Source: an uncultured Myxococcales bacterium
GTDB lineage: Bacteria; Myxococcota_A; Polyangia; Polyangiales; Houyiibacteriaceae
Direction of reading: 5' to 3'
Length of the DNA stretch: 32,607 nucleotides
Assembly: GCA_965365555.1 (NCBI GenBank)
Contig: CBDUCC010000003.1
Location: 1-32,607 of the forward strand
Below, in pieces: positions 8,973 to 18,399 of this stretch. The stretch's first letter is position 1. Each line of letters begins with the position of its first letter. The notes beneath the pieces are model-generated. The model was not told the origin of the DNA and searched no databases. It was given only the letters and a program-made list of their open reading frames with translations. The translations under genes were made by a program, and so were the position numbers.

Positions 8973-10015
8973 GTGGTTGCGTTGTCGGCTCCGCGCGGCG
9001 GCTGCTTGCTGAGCAGGGACTTGACGAAGAAGGAGACGGACTGCCGAGCCGAAGGATTCCGAACCAGACGCGCCGCCTGGGCAGCAGTGAATCGCGCGCT
9101 GGTCCAAACGAAGTCGGGAACATCCTGGACGCGAAGTCGGCCTTCGGCAGCCGGATAACCGAGTGCGCGCATCGAATCGCCTGCGATGCGCTCGCAAATC
9201 CACGACTCCGTCGGCGTGATGGAGCGGCGCTTGCCACCTTTGAACGACGTGTTGCCTTTCGAAGGCTGGAGCTCGCCCTCCAATCGGCTGCCAAGGAAGT
9301 CGGCAATTTTGGTCGCCTCTCCGGTGGGATCGGCAACCAGCTTCTCGAATTGCGCGAAGTGGACCAACCCCTCTCGGTCCGCATTGACCATGGCCTCCGC
9401 CGCCATGCGCCAGTACCGGGCGTAAACCAGCGGATGGTACTCGCCCGGCTTGCCGTCTTGCCCATCCACATACTTCTTGGAGGCCATCACCCGGCGGGGG
9501 TCACGGTAGATGAAGATGAAGCGGACATCGGGCCAGAGCTCCCGGAGCATGCCGAGGTGCATGAAATCCTGCGGCGCCTTGTAACCCCAGTGACTGCAGC
9601 CGTGGTGGCGGGCAAGGCGAGTCATCCACTCCTCGAGAAGCTCATGCCAAAGCACCTCTTTGCCCCGAAACGTGGCCAGCAGAGCCTCGTCCATACGGTC
9701 GACATCTTCCCAGGTGCAGTTCGGCGCATCGAACACGGCCCACTTGATCCTCGCCCTGACCTGCCATCCGAGAAAATCGACCAACTTCTCGAGCTGGGCC
9801 TCGCTGAGCGGTCCATCGACGCCGAGTGCCTTGGCCGTTCTGAATAGATACAGATCGTCGAAGACGTACCAGTCGTCGATCTGGGAAATGACGTGTGAAA
9901 GATAGGAGCTTCCGCTTCGTGGCAAGCCAACCACGATCACGGGCGCGTAGCGCGGCTCCCCGACGATCGGCTGGGTAGCGAAGAGCGGACTATCTGTGGG
10001 TGCGACGGAGGTCAT
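8969..10015 (-). CDS. PAPS-dependent sulfotransferase family protein
   Basis: 5'-PSB loop VGLPRSGSSYL, WGYKAP, 3'-PB motif YRDPRRVMAS, FEKLVADP. Confidence 0.85.
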   Translation of the reverse strand: MTSVAPTDSPLFATQPIVGEPRYAPVIVVGLPRSGSSYLSHVISQIDDWYVFDDLYLFRTAKALGVDGPLSEAQLEKLVDFLGWQVRARIKWAVFDAPNCTWEDVDRMDEALLATFRGKEVLWHELLEEWMTRLARHHGCSHWGYKAPQDFMHLGMLRELWPDVRFIFIYRDPRRVMASKKYVDGQDGKPGEYHPLVYARYWRMAAEAMVNADREGLVHFAQFEKLVADPTGEATKIADFLGSRLEGELQPSKGNTSFKGGKRRSITPTESWICERIAGDSMRALGYPAAEGRLRVQDVPDFVWTSARFTAAQAARLVRNPSARQSVSFFVKSLLSKQPPRGADNATT

Positions 10016-10087
10016 TCTCAACCGAAATTAAGATAGCCCATGGTTCATGGTGCGGAAAGGCGGAGGAGGCCTTGGAGCTCGATGCTG

Positions 10088-11512
10088 TCATGCCGGCTGA
10101 AGCCTACGCTCCATACTCGTCCGCTCCGCGGCAACCCGCCTTCGTCGCGCTTGTTGCGCGAGAATGCCCGTACAGGTGCCCAATAGCGCTCCACCGAACA
10201 CGAGCGGCAGATAGTGCGCACTCGAGTTAGGAATGTGATCGAAGACCGAGAACGCAAGAATGACCGCGAGCCCTGCCAGCAGCGTCTGATCGGTCTTGTT
10301 CTGAATGAAACGAAATCGGCGGGAAACGATGAAGATTGGGAGCAGCATCAACAGGTATTTCCCCACGAAGCCGACGAAGCCGAACATCCCGATGGTGTTG
10401 ACCCACTCCCCATCCGGGATGCTGAGCTGCTTTCCACTCTTCAAACTGTACTTGAACGATCGCCCGTACGTTCCCCAACCAAAGTACGGTCGTTCGAGCG
10501 CTCGCTCGAGAATCTCTTCCTCGTTCACCAGGCGGGTGGTCAGTGATTGTGCTCTCTCGTCGCCGAACTGTTCGGCGAGCGCATCGCGAATCTCGTAAAC
10601 GGGGATGAGATTGGTTTGGCGCAATGTCGGGTAGGCGAGGACGATGATGGAAATGGCGACGACAATCCGAAACTGGAGCTTCGGGCTCGTAAACAGAATG
10701 AGCGGCACCGCTGTGAACGCATAGAGCATCGCAGCGACGCTCTTGTTGAGAACGGCCACGACGGTCAGATACGGGATTGCCCACTTCGGCTTCAGACGGC
10801 CCATCTGGAGGCCGGCCTTCGATAGCGTCGCGGCGGCCATGAGGCCCACGGCGGTGAACATCGCGACGGTCAGCCCGTGCGCCATGTAGACGATGGGGCG
10901 AAATCCTCCCTGCCTCCTCATCTGCAGGAAATCGTGCTGAAAGAAACCATAGGTCCAGTTGTTGAACTGCGGACTGAGTCGGACTTCGATCATCTGAAAG
11001 ATGCCGTAGACCATGGTCGCTCCCAGCAGGGTTTGGAGTAGCACGCGAAGGTCGCGCGAATCCCGAAACATGGCCGCGCCCAAGACGAAGGGAGCAACGT
11101 ACCGAAGCAAGCTGGCGATTACCAGCTTGAGCGCATCGTCCAGCTCATGACCGATCAGGAACTTGGCGCCCATCATGACGCCATCGGTGTTGAGCAACAC
11201 CGTCACCACCTGGCCCACCAGCAAGAGCGCGACCGCGAAGCGAATCCAGTTGTTGCGAGGACGAGCTGCGAGTCGTTTGCGGTGATAGAGCCACGCGCCC
11301 ACGAGCAGCCAGAAGACTGCGATCTCGACCTTTGTGAAAGCCGGAAGCCCCGGAAGCTTGAACTCGACTCGCTCGGGCAGAAACATCACTGGAAGCAACA
11401 GCAGCAGAGCCGTGGCCTTCGCAGGCGGCCATCGTCGAGCGCCCCAAAGCGCGAAAGGCACCCAAAGGAAGAACACGAGAACGCTGAGCGCATTGCCTTC
11501 GGTTTGGATCAT
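10088..11512 (-). CDS. Wzy polymerase / O-antigen-ligase-like polytopic membrane protein
   Basis: About 11-12 hydrophobic segments, a periplasmic-loop motif SLTTR...ALERPYFGWG...DGEWV...FGFVGF, and glycan-operon context. Confidence 0.7.
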   Translation of the reverse strand: MIQTEGNALSVLVFFLWVPFALWGARRWPPAKATALLLLLPVMFLPERVEFKLPGLPAFTKVEIAVFWLLVGAWLYHRKRLAARPRNNWIRFAVALLLVGQVVTVLLNTDGVMMGAKFLIGHELDDALKLVIASLLRYVAPFVLGAAMFRDSRDLRVLLQTLLGATMVYGIFQMIEVRLSPQFNNWTYGFFQHDFLQMRRQGGFRPIVYMAHGLTVAMFTAVGLMAAATLSKAGLQMGRLKPKWAIPYLTVVAVLNKSVAAMLYAFTAVPLILFTSPKLQFRIVVAISIIVLAYPTLRQTNLIPVYEIRDALAEQFGDERAQSLTTRLVNEEEILERALERPYFGWGTYGRSFKYSLKSGKQLSIPDGEWVNTIGMFGFVGFVGKYLLMLLPIFIVSRRFRFIQNKTDQTLLAGLAVILAFSVFDHIPNSSAHYLPLVFGGALLGTCTGILAQQARRRRVAAERTSMERRLQPA

Positions 11513-11518
11513 GCCGAA

Positions 11519-13069
11519 TCACGACCCACGCCGACTCAGAACGGCGAGGTTGTTCTCCTCATCCAGCAACACCAACTCGAAATGCTTCGCGAAGTTCGGA
11601 TCCTCGAGCCACATCGCAATGCCGAGCCAGTCGACGAGGTACCGAATCGGCTTCGAAATGACGTACTCCCGCGTTCTGCCCTCGAGCTTCGCGCGAAGCG
11701 CCGGCGGACTCACCTTTCCATCGAGATTGTAGGTTCGATCATGAAAGAAACCGAGTGTGCCGGTTTGAATTGCGGCAACCCAGAGATCATCGGAAACGTT
11801 CTGCTCTACCCAATCCACTACCTGAAAGTGTCCGTTGTCTAGGCCCTGCCGATACGCGCGGACGTCCAGCCCGACGATGAGCGCGATGGCACGAGCGAGC
11901 GGCACCCGCGTGGAGGCGGCGGGATTCGGACGCCCTGCGCGGCTCCAGATGCGATACCCGAGCCACACCGTGAGAAGGGAGACCCATGTGCTCAGCGGAA
12001 AAAGGTAGCGACCCATGAAGTAGCCGGCTCCGTAGATCACGCCGTAGAAACTGGCGTGTAAGGCGGCCCAGAGGCCAAGCACGACGAGCAGCTGACGCCG
12101 ATCGGAATTTGCATGGGCCGTCTCCCGGTACACGAGAACCAGCCAAACCAAAACGATGGCGGAGGTCGCTACGACCACCAAGGGGGCAGTCTCCCAGGAT
12201 ACCGGGATGAGACCGACGATCGAAATCTGCTCGGCGAGAATCGCAGGAACTCGCCCGAGATTCTCAGCGAAAGTATCCGCGCCTTGGGAGATGCCACTGA
12301 CCGGCACGATGTTGCCGAAGAGCGAGTAGTTGTACGCAAGCCAAGGCATCACGACTAGCAATGCCGAAGTTCCTATGGCGCCGGCTTCCCCAATGCGTCG
12401 TGCGAGCGACGTGGTACCCCGAAGCGCGCCGGCAACGACGAGCGCAAAGCAGATCGCGACCGATAAGAGGACGGCATCGTTTCGGACCCAGAACGCCAAG
12501 CCCAGCATCCCTCCCAGCGTCAAGCACGAGCGGATGGGCCAGGGCTCGTCGAACGTCAATCGACGCCGGAGCAGGAGAAGGCCGACCGCCATCGGCATCA
12601 GAGTCGCTGCACCGGTCTCCAAACAATTCTGCGTGAAGCGCGTGGAGAACGGAGACGCGTACCAGGCAGCGGCAACGATGGCGGCAAGCAGCTCGCCGTG
12701 ATCAGTTCGGGAAAACGCCTCGAGGGCAACCCGCCGGAGAAGCATCGCTGCCCCGATGGCGATGGCGATTCCCAGCAACTGGACCAACCAAACACCGGAA
12801 GCCCGGTCCCCATCGACGAGCCAGAAGAAGCCGGCATAGACGAAGGTCATCAAGGGCTGGGTGCCATTCGTCAGAGTGTTGCCCGCCTCGATGGACAGCC
12901 CATGGCCGAGCGCTAGGTTCCGCGAGATGGTGAGCATTAGGTAGCCATCCTCGCTCGGAAACTGCGTGAGTGCTCTGCCCGTGCGATCGAGCAAAGGCAG
13001 TGCGCGGGCGAGAGTGCCTACCGCAGCACATATCCAGACGAATCCTCTACCAACCGTTCGGGCGCTCAT
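11519..13069 (-). CDS. Polytopic membrane protein, probable GT-C fold (ArnT/PMT-like) glycosyltransferase
   Basis: Acidic pair after TM1 (PSEDGYLMLTISRNLALGHG...TNGTQPL), LET motif, RND, PWLAYN..LFG, GRYLFP, and a soluble C-terminal domain. Confidence 0.6.
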   Translation of the reverse strand: MSARTVGRGFVWICAAVGTLARALPLLDRTGRALTQFPSEDGYLMLTISRNLALGHGLSIEAGNTLTNGTQPLMTFVYAGFFWLVDGDRASGVWLVQLLGIAIAIGAAMLLRRVALEAFSRTDHGELLAAIVAAAWYASPFSTRFTQNCLETGAATLMPMAVGLLLLRRRLTFDEPWPIRSCLTLGGMLGLAFWVRNDAVLLSVAICFALVVAGALRGTTSLARRIGEAGAIGTSALLVVMPWLAYNYSLFGNIVPVSGISQGADTFAENLGRVPAILAEQISIVGLIPVSWETAPLVVVATSAIVLVWLVLVYRETAHANSDRRQLLVVLGLWAALHASFYGVIYGAGYFMGRYLFPLSTWVSLLTVWLGYRIWSRAGRPNPAASTRVPLARAIALIVGLDVRAYRQGLDNGHFQVVDWVEQNVSDDLWVAAIQTGTLGFFHDRTYNLDGKVSPPALRAKLEGRTREYVISKPIRYLVDWLGIAMWLEDPNFAKHFELVLLDEENNLAVLSRRGS

Positions 13070-13524
13070 GTCGTTCTACGTAGATGTGCGAATGGGTTAC
13101 GGCAGGGAACGAGGCGAGGCTCGTAGAACGAAAGGTACTCGACCCGTCGAGACTCATCCGCTCCGCGTAGGAAGAAGTCGGTAGAGAGCAGGAACTTGGT
13201 GACGACGTTGTCTTCCAGCCGACGCAGCGGATGGCCCATGGGAAGCCACCTGTAGAGCGTGACGTAGGTCAATGGGAAAGAGACGACGGCGAGCTTCGCG
13301 AGTTGCTTCGCCTGCGCTCGCTTGTACTCGACGTACTCGCCGGCGAAACGCTCGAAGTCACCGGGCGCTACATCGAGGTAGCCTAAGCGCCGGCGAAGAA
13401 TCGCGATGACGACTTTCGTTGCCTTGCCGTACCTCAACTGATACGCGGCAAACGGCGCAGCAACGAAAACGATGACACCGGCGGTCAGACGCGTGATGAA
13501 AGCGCGCCGAGAGAGCTTCGCCAT
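13066..13524 (-). CDS. Small Tat-signal protein, probable partner subunit of the GMC oxidoreductase
   Basis: N-terminus MAKLSRRAFI followed by a hydrophobic stretch. C-terminal FLLSTDFF...Y.P...C.NPF. Translationally coupled to both neighbours. Confidence 0.65.
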   Translation of the reverse strand: MAKLSRRAFITRLTAGVIVFVAAPFAAYQLRYGKATKVVIAILRRRLGYLDVAPGDFERFAGEYVEYKRAQAKQLAKLAVVSFPLTYVTLYRWLPMGHPLRRLEDNVVTKFLLSTDFFLRGADESRRVEYLSFYEPRLVPCRNPFAHLRRTT

Positions 13525-14954
13525 CAGCCTACCAGCTTCCTCGCTGCACGAACGGACAGCGCGGACAGGATCAGGGTCGGGTTGGCCGCCGGACAGCTCG
13601 GGAAGGCTCCACTTCCGAGCGCGAGCAGATTCCGCACACGGTGGTGTACGAGGCCATCATCCACCACGCTCGAGCTGGGGTCGGCACCCATCCGCGTGGT
13701 GCCTTGAATGTGGGCACCGCTACCGAGGTCCTCCTCCGGAATCACCACGTAGTCCTCGACCGGGAGCCCTTCGACGAGCTCCTCCACCAACTGGGGGACC
13801 GAATCGATGGCAGCCTGCGTATAAGCCGGCCGGGCCGGGTAGTAGAGCTCCGGCTTCGTCTCATCCTCGGACGAAACGCTCACGTAGTTATCGTAGCTGG
13901 GAAGGTCCTCGAAGACGAATTTGATGACTGCACGCTGCCGCCAGCGACCACGCTCGGCACGCAACCAGGGGACGTTCCAGCTTTCCACGTTGCATGCAGC
14001 GCGCTTCGAGCGGTCGGTGCTGTCGTGGAACATGATCCCTAGGCCGGTGACCTGTTGGCCCCCATCGAGACTGTCCAAGCCGTCCAGATTGAGCTGAACG
14101 GAAGTTGCAAATTGCTCGTGCAAGTATCGACCGAGCGCGGCGTCCTCGAGCCCCGAGCGAAGCAGGATGAAAGGCGAACAAATCGCGTGAGCCCCAACCA
14201 GAGCCAGGTCGCACTTGACCACCTGAGGCGTTCCAGTTGCGTCGGTGTAATGCACCTCGCGCACCTGATTCGCTTCGATACCCAACCGATCTACGCGCGA
14301 TTCGAGTCGAAGCTCGACACGAGGGTCCTGGTAGACGTCAGTCATGTGGAGGTCGACTTGGAACTTGGCGCCGATTGGACAGGTGGAGCAGACCCCGTTG
14401 GCACAGCACTGCGGGCGTCCCGACTTGGCTGACGAGGCTCGGGCGCTCGGCATCGGGAAGTACTGTCCCGGATACTTCCGCGCGATCGCCTCGTCGAAAC
14501 TGTTCATCGCATGTGGCGGTGCCGGGTACGGCTTGGACCTCGGAAAGGGGCCTCCATCCGCGCCTCCAACCGTCATGGCATACTCGACCTCGGTGAGATA
14601 CGGCTCGAGATCGTCGTAGCTGATCGGCCAGTCCTCGCCCACTCCGTACCGGGTCTTCATCTCGAAGTCGCTGGGGTGAGGTCGCGGAGAGGTTCCGGTC
14701 CAGCAGCTTCCCCCGCCAAACGCGATGTTCTGCACCCAAGGCTTCTGCGGAGTCCTGTTGACTACGGTCTCGCCGAAGGGAAAGTCCGAGTTCTTTCCGT
14801 TCTGGACCTTCCAGCTGTACGGAAGCTTGCGGCCTCGCTCGAGCACGAGGATGCGAGTGTTCGCCGGCGCGTGCCGCAAGTACTCACGCAAGAAGAAAGA
14901 CGACGCGAAGCCAGTGCCTACGACGACGGTATCGAACTCTCGATTCAACGCCAC
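13524..14954 (-). CDS. GMC family FAD oxidoreductase with a Cys cluster (sugar-dehydrogenase large-subunit type)
   Basis: VVVGTGFAS...LVLERG FAD fold, FGGGS, WPISYDDLEPY, CCANGVCSTCPIGAK, catalytic HIQGTTRMG and ANPTL. GTG start. Confidence 0.9.
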   Translation of the reverse strand: MALNREFDTVVVGTGFASSFFLREYLRHAPANTRILVLERGRKLPYSWKVQNGKNSDFPFGETVVNRTPQKPWVQNIAFGGGSCWTGTSPRPHPSDFEMKTRYGVGEDWPISYDDLEPYLTEVEYAMTVGGADGGPFPRSKPYPAPPHAMNSFDEAIARKYPGQYFPMPSARASSAKSGRPQCCANGVCSTCPIGAKFQVDLHMTDVYQDPRVELRLESRVDRLGIEANQVREVHYTDATGTPQVVKCDLALVGAHAICSPFILLRSGLEDAALGRYLHEQFATSVQLNLDGLDSLDGGQQVTGLGIMFHDSTDRSKRAACNVESWNVPWLRAERGRWRQRAVIKFVFEDLPSYDNYVSVSSEDETKPELYYPARPAYTQAAIDSVPQLVEELVEGLPVEDYVVIPEEDLGSGAHIQGTTRMGADPSSSVVDDGLVHHRVRNLLALGSGAFPSCPAANPTLILSALSVRAARKLVG

Positions 14955-15029
14955 GATCTTCCAGAGAGATGAGCACGGACCATGGTCAATTATGCGTCTC
15001 CGGAGGCTGCGCTCGCAACCGGAATTGCT

Positions 15030-15050
15030 CGGAAAAGCGGCGCTTTTCCG
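15030..15050. promoter_or_regulatory. Perfect 10-bp inverted repeat (operator or RNA hairpin)
   Basis: CGGAAAAGCG-G-CGCTTTTCCG lies in the intergenic region ~75 nt upstream of the GMC start. There is no clear U-tract beyond the stem. Confidence 0.35.
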
Positions 15051-15139
15051 GACCCCAGGCGATCGATGGAGGCGTAGGCCGCATCGCAGCGGCGGTCAAC
15101 GATCAGATTCGGGCTCGCTCGAGCCGATGAGCTCTGCGC

Positions 15140-16072
15140 TCACTTGAGCCGGCTCGTATCGACGTCCTGAACGCGGCGAAGGATCCTCTCCTGAATGGGG
15201 TTCCGTGGCATTCGTTTCCCGAGTTGCCAGGAAACGTAGAGCGGGAAGCCATAGACATCGATGTTGCGCTGAATTCGGGAGCGCCGGTTCTGAATGGCGA
15301 GCTTGGCCGCGGTCAAGCCGGCGGGTCGCTGCGGTTTCGAGTGCTCGGATGCATAGCCGACCTCATCCATGAGCGGCGAGCACACCGACTCGACCCACAT
15401 GATCTCGTCGTCGCTGAGCTTCCGGCGCCACTGCTCCACGAGGCCGACATCTGGAGAAGCGTACGTACTATCGCCTGGGTAGCTCAGCATCGCCTCGTCA
15501 AAGTCAATCCCCAAGAACTCGCATATTTGGGTGAGCTCTCTCACTGGATCTCGGATCAGGTCTTCGTATTTCAGCTCATGCTTCTGCGAGGGCGGGAGGG
15601 AGGGCTCGAGCGCTCTCCAACGCAACACCGGCTCCATCCAATATCTCGTGCCGTAATAGGGGTTTCCGACCCAACCCATCCCGATGCAGCTTCTGGAGAC
15701 ATCTCTTGGGTCGCGAAGAAGGTGAATGAGCTTCGCATCGGGAAAAAGACGGGGAAGCTCGTGGAAGTTCGAGTGGATCGTCGCACCTCGGATGGGCTTG
15801 CCGCTCGACTCGGTGGCCTGTTGCAGAAAGCTGCTCACGAGGCCCTGGTAGTCGAGCGATGGGTCGATCTCGAGCCCGTGCGCGCGAAACACGCGATCTG
15901 CTCGAAGCTGACGATGATACTCGTGCAGAGGCGGAGGGTTCCCGTCCTCGATCCACCGGACCGCGTACTCGAACTCGCCGAAGATGCAGACGTCCGGGTG
16001 ATGGTCGACCATCAGCCGCAGAAGCGTGGTGCCCGAGCGCAATGCGCCTACAATGAAAACAGGGGGCTGCAT
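15140..16072 (-). CDS. PAPS-dependent sulfotransferase family protein
   Basis: VFIVGALRSGTTLLRLMVDHHP, LLRDPRDVSRS, KYEDLIRDP...ICEFLGI, WRRKLS. Confidence 0.9.
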   Translation of the reverse strand: MQPPVFIVGALRSGTTLLRLMVDHHPDVCIFGEFEYAVRWIEDGNPPPLHEYHRQLRADRVFRAHGLEIDPSLDYQGLVSSFLQQATESSGKPIRGATIHSNFHELPRLFPDAKLIHLLRDPRDVSRSCIGMGWVGNPYYGTRYWMEPVLRWRALEPSLPPSQKHELKYEDLIRDPVRELTQICEFLGIDFDEAMLSYPGDSTYASPDVGLVEQWRRKLSDDEIMWVESVCSPLMDEVGYASEHSKPQRPAGLTAAKLAIQNRRSRIQRNIDVYGFPLYVSWQLGKRMPRNPIQERILRRVQDVDTSRLK

Positions 16073-16134
16073 ATAATTTTCAGCTCACGAAGAGCTCAAC
16101 AACGAAAAGTATAATCGGTGCGTTTGTCGAAGCA

Positions 16135-17016
16135 ATGCCATCTCAAGTGAACCGAAAGCCCGACTTCATCATCATCGGGGCCATGAAGTGCGCGACCAGT
16201 ACCTTGCACACTCAGCTAGCCTCGCACTCAGGAATCTACGGATCCGACCCCAAGGAACCGAACTACTTCAGCGACGATGATCAGTACGCGCGCGGGTTCG
16301 ATTGGTACTCCGGTCTGTTCTCGGAGGCGAGCACCTCGGATCTGCTCATGGAAAGCAGCACGCACTACACGAAGCTTCCGGACTATCCCGAGACGGTGGC
16401 ACGTATGCGATCCTGCGTTCCGGACGTGAAGCTGATCTACGTGATGCGGCATCCCGTCGATCGCTTGGTGTCTCACTACATTCACCAATGGACGCAGAAC
16501 ATCTTTCGCTGTGACATCGGGGAAGCGATCGACTCCTATCCGGAGCTGATCAACTACGGCCGCTACGCGTATCAGCTGAAGCCCTACCTCGAGGCGTTCG
16601 GGAAAGACCGGATCCTTCCGGTGTTCTTCCGCCCGCTGAGAGAGAACCCCGACCGAGAGCTTCAGCGCGTCGCCCGCCACATTGGTTACGAGGGCGCGCT
16701 GCGATGGAACCAAAGCTTGGGGGCTCAGAATGTCTCCGCGGAGCGGATCCGACGATTCCCCGGCTACGAGCTACTGGTGGACTCGAAGCCCATGGAGTTC
16801 CTGCGTCGTCGATTGGTGCCGCAGACCCTCAGAGATGCCGTGAAGTCGAGGCTCAGGATGAACGAGCGTCCGGAGCTGACTGATGCAGACCGAAAACGCG
16901 TCGAGGAAGTGTTCAACGCCGACCTAGCGATCCTGTCCGATTGGATGGGTGTCCAGCTGCGTTGCGCCAGCTTCGATGAGGTGACGCGCAGTGGCTCCCT
17001 CGACTGGGCGGGCTGA
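16135..17016 (+). CDS. Sulfotransferase (heparan-sulfate sulfotransferase-like motif type)
   Basis: PDFIIIGAMKCATSTL, KEPNYF, ESSTHY, KLIYVMRHPVDRLVSHY. Confidence 0.9.
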   Translation: MPSQVNRKPDFIIIGAMKCATSTLHTQLASHSGIYGSDPKEPNYFSDDDQYARGFDWYSGLFSEASTSDLLMESSTHYTKLPDYPETVARMRSCVPDVKLIYVMRHPVDRLVSHYIHQWTQNIFRCDIGEAIDSYPELINYGRYAYQLKPYLEAFGKDRILPVFFRPLRENPDRELQRVARHIGYEGALRWNQSLGAQNVSAERIRRFPGYELLVDSKPMEFLRRRLVPQTLRDAVKSRLRMNERPELTDADRKRVEEVFNADLAILSDWMGVQLRCASFDEVTRSGSLDWAG

Positions 17017-17022
17017 GCGGGC

Positions 17023-18399
17023 TCAACCGCACGCTGCGGTGGCGCTGCCTACGACCTCAGGCAGCAGCCCGTTGACGGGCCCGGCCACGTTGGCGCCAGT
17101 CGCAAACCCACTAGGACAGACGCCGGCAACCTGAGCGAGGCTCTTGCAGAGCTCGGCGAAGCTGCGTTCCCTGCCCGGGTATCGCAGAAAGCGACCGCCA
17201 AAGTCGACGTTGGGCGACTTGGCATAGAGCAGCGCCGGCCATCGCTCGAGTTGTGCATGGTGGCTGCTGTTCACGCTCGTGCCGCGCGTGCTTACGTAGA
17301 GAATGTACGTCTCGTCATCGGGAGCGTCCGACTGGTCGAGCGTGTCCAAGGTGCGACGGAGCAAACTCCAATGGAACTGATGTAGCTCGTCCATGAGCTG
17401 GCCGTACCGGGTTCCGCCGTAGTCGTGAACGGGGATCTCGCCGATTCCGTTGTATCGCGGCAGGTGCTCATCGTGGTTGTCAGCCGTTCCGACGGCGACT
17501 CCAACGACGTTCGTGAGGCCACATTCGAGCGAAAGTGTGGCCATATCCATCATGGACTCGATCCGAGAGTTCGGGGTGTCGTTCTGGGCAGATGGCGGGC
17601 TGCCACAGGATACGGACTCTCGGAGCTCGAAGCGGCGATCGAACTCGACGATCGCCGACTCGTACACGTCCAGTCGTTCACGCTCGGGCCCGGCGAGGCG
17701 CGCTCGGAGCCGCCCGAAGTCTGCGTTGAGAGCATCGCGAAGAGCCTCCCGCCGACCGGTTTCCAGGTCGGGGCCTGCGTCCGGTGCTGCCAGCCCGGCG
17801 ATCTCGTTGCGGAGGACGCTCGCCTTCGTGGCGTGTCCGAGGGACTGACCCGTACCGGCCGAGAAGAGCGATGCTTCCCGGTCCCATCCCTTCGCGAAGG
17901 CGCGGTGGGAGATCCCGAACAGGAGCGATGATTTGGGTGCATTCGCACTCAGGGTCTGAGCCATGTACTGGTCGATCGACGAACCGCGAGGCGGAGCGAG
18001 CGAAGCCGCGTCACCCTGTGGGTGCTGACAGGTAAGAGCGCCGAAGCCGCAGCCGTGGAGGGTTGAGCCGCCGGTGATGGGATTGGTGAGCCCATCGATG
18101 ATCATGGCGTTCTGCCTCAAGTCTTCGATCGGAGCGAAGTTCGAGGGCCAGGTGAAGTCGGTCATCGGGCTCACGGAGGACGGCAAGTTGTCTTTTCCTT
18201 GCGTACGACCGCTCGACACCTCGACCGGTGTGTAGCCGCCAGGATCAAAGCCGCTCACTGCGAAAACGATGAGTCGCTTTCGTGGAGCGGCCGCCTGCCC
18301 GGCGGCATAGGACAGGGTTCGTTCGGCCCAGGGCGCCAAGAAGGACGCGCCAGCGCCAAGACCAAGCATTCGAATCATGTCTCGCCGGTTGATGGCCAT
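17023..18399 (-). CDS. DUF1552-like Tat-exported protein
   Basis: The probable start is ATG 18399 (TAATG overlap), giving MAINRRDMIRMLGLGAGASFL. Also KRLIVF, SIDQYMAQ, L..RLAGPERERLD.Y, LECGLTNV. It lies directly downstream of a DUF1592-type gene, the usual pairing. Confidence 0.7.
   Translation of the reverse strand: MAINRRDMIRMLGLGAGASFLAPWAERTLSYAAGQAAAPRKRLIVFAVSGFDPGGYTPVEVSSGRTQGKDNLPSSVSPMTDFTWPSNFAPIEDLRQNAMIIDGLTNPITGGSTLHGCGFGALTCQHPQGDAASLAPPRGSSIDQYMAQTLSANAPKSSLLFGISHRAFAKGWDREASLFSAGTGQSLGHATKASVLRNEIAGLAAPDAGPDLETGRREALRDALNADFGRLRARLAGPERERLDVYESAIVEFDRRFELRESVSCGSPPSAQNDTPNSRIESMMDMATLSLECGLTNVVGVAVGTADNHDEHLPRYNGIGEIPVHDYGGTRYGQLMDELHQFHWSLLRRTLDTLDQSDAPDDETYILYVSTRGTSVNSSHHAQLERWPALLYAKSPNVDFGGRFLRYPGRERSFAELCKSLAQVAGVCPSGFATGANVAGPVNGLLPEVVGSATAACG

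Noticed and set aside
8973-9203. N-terminal extension of the GT2 ORF (similar extensions at 18400-18579 and 20260-20415)
   Set aside because: These extensions overlap upstream genes or lack protein-like character. The downstream starts show translational coupling or an RBS.
16072-16115. Two TATAAT hexamers between the divergent sulfotransferases
   Set aside because: No correctly spaced -35 element is visible, so this is too weak to call a promoter.
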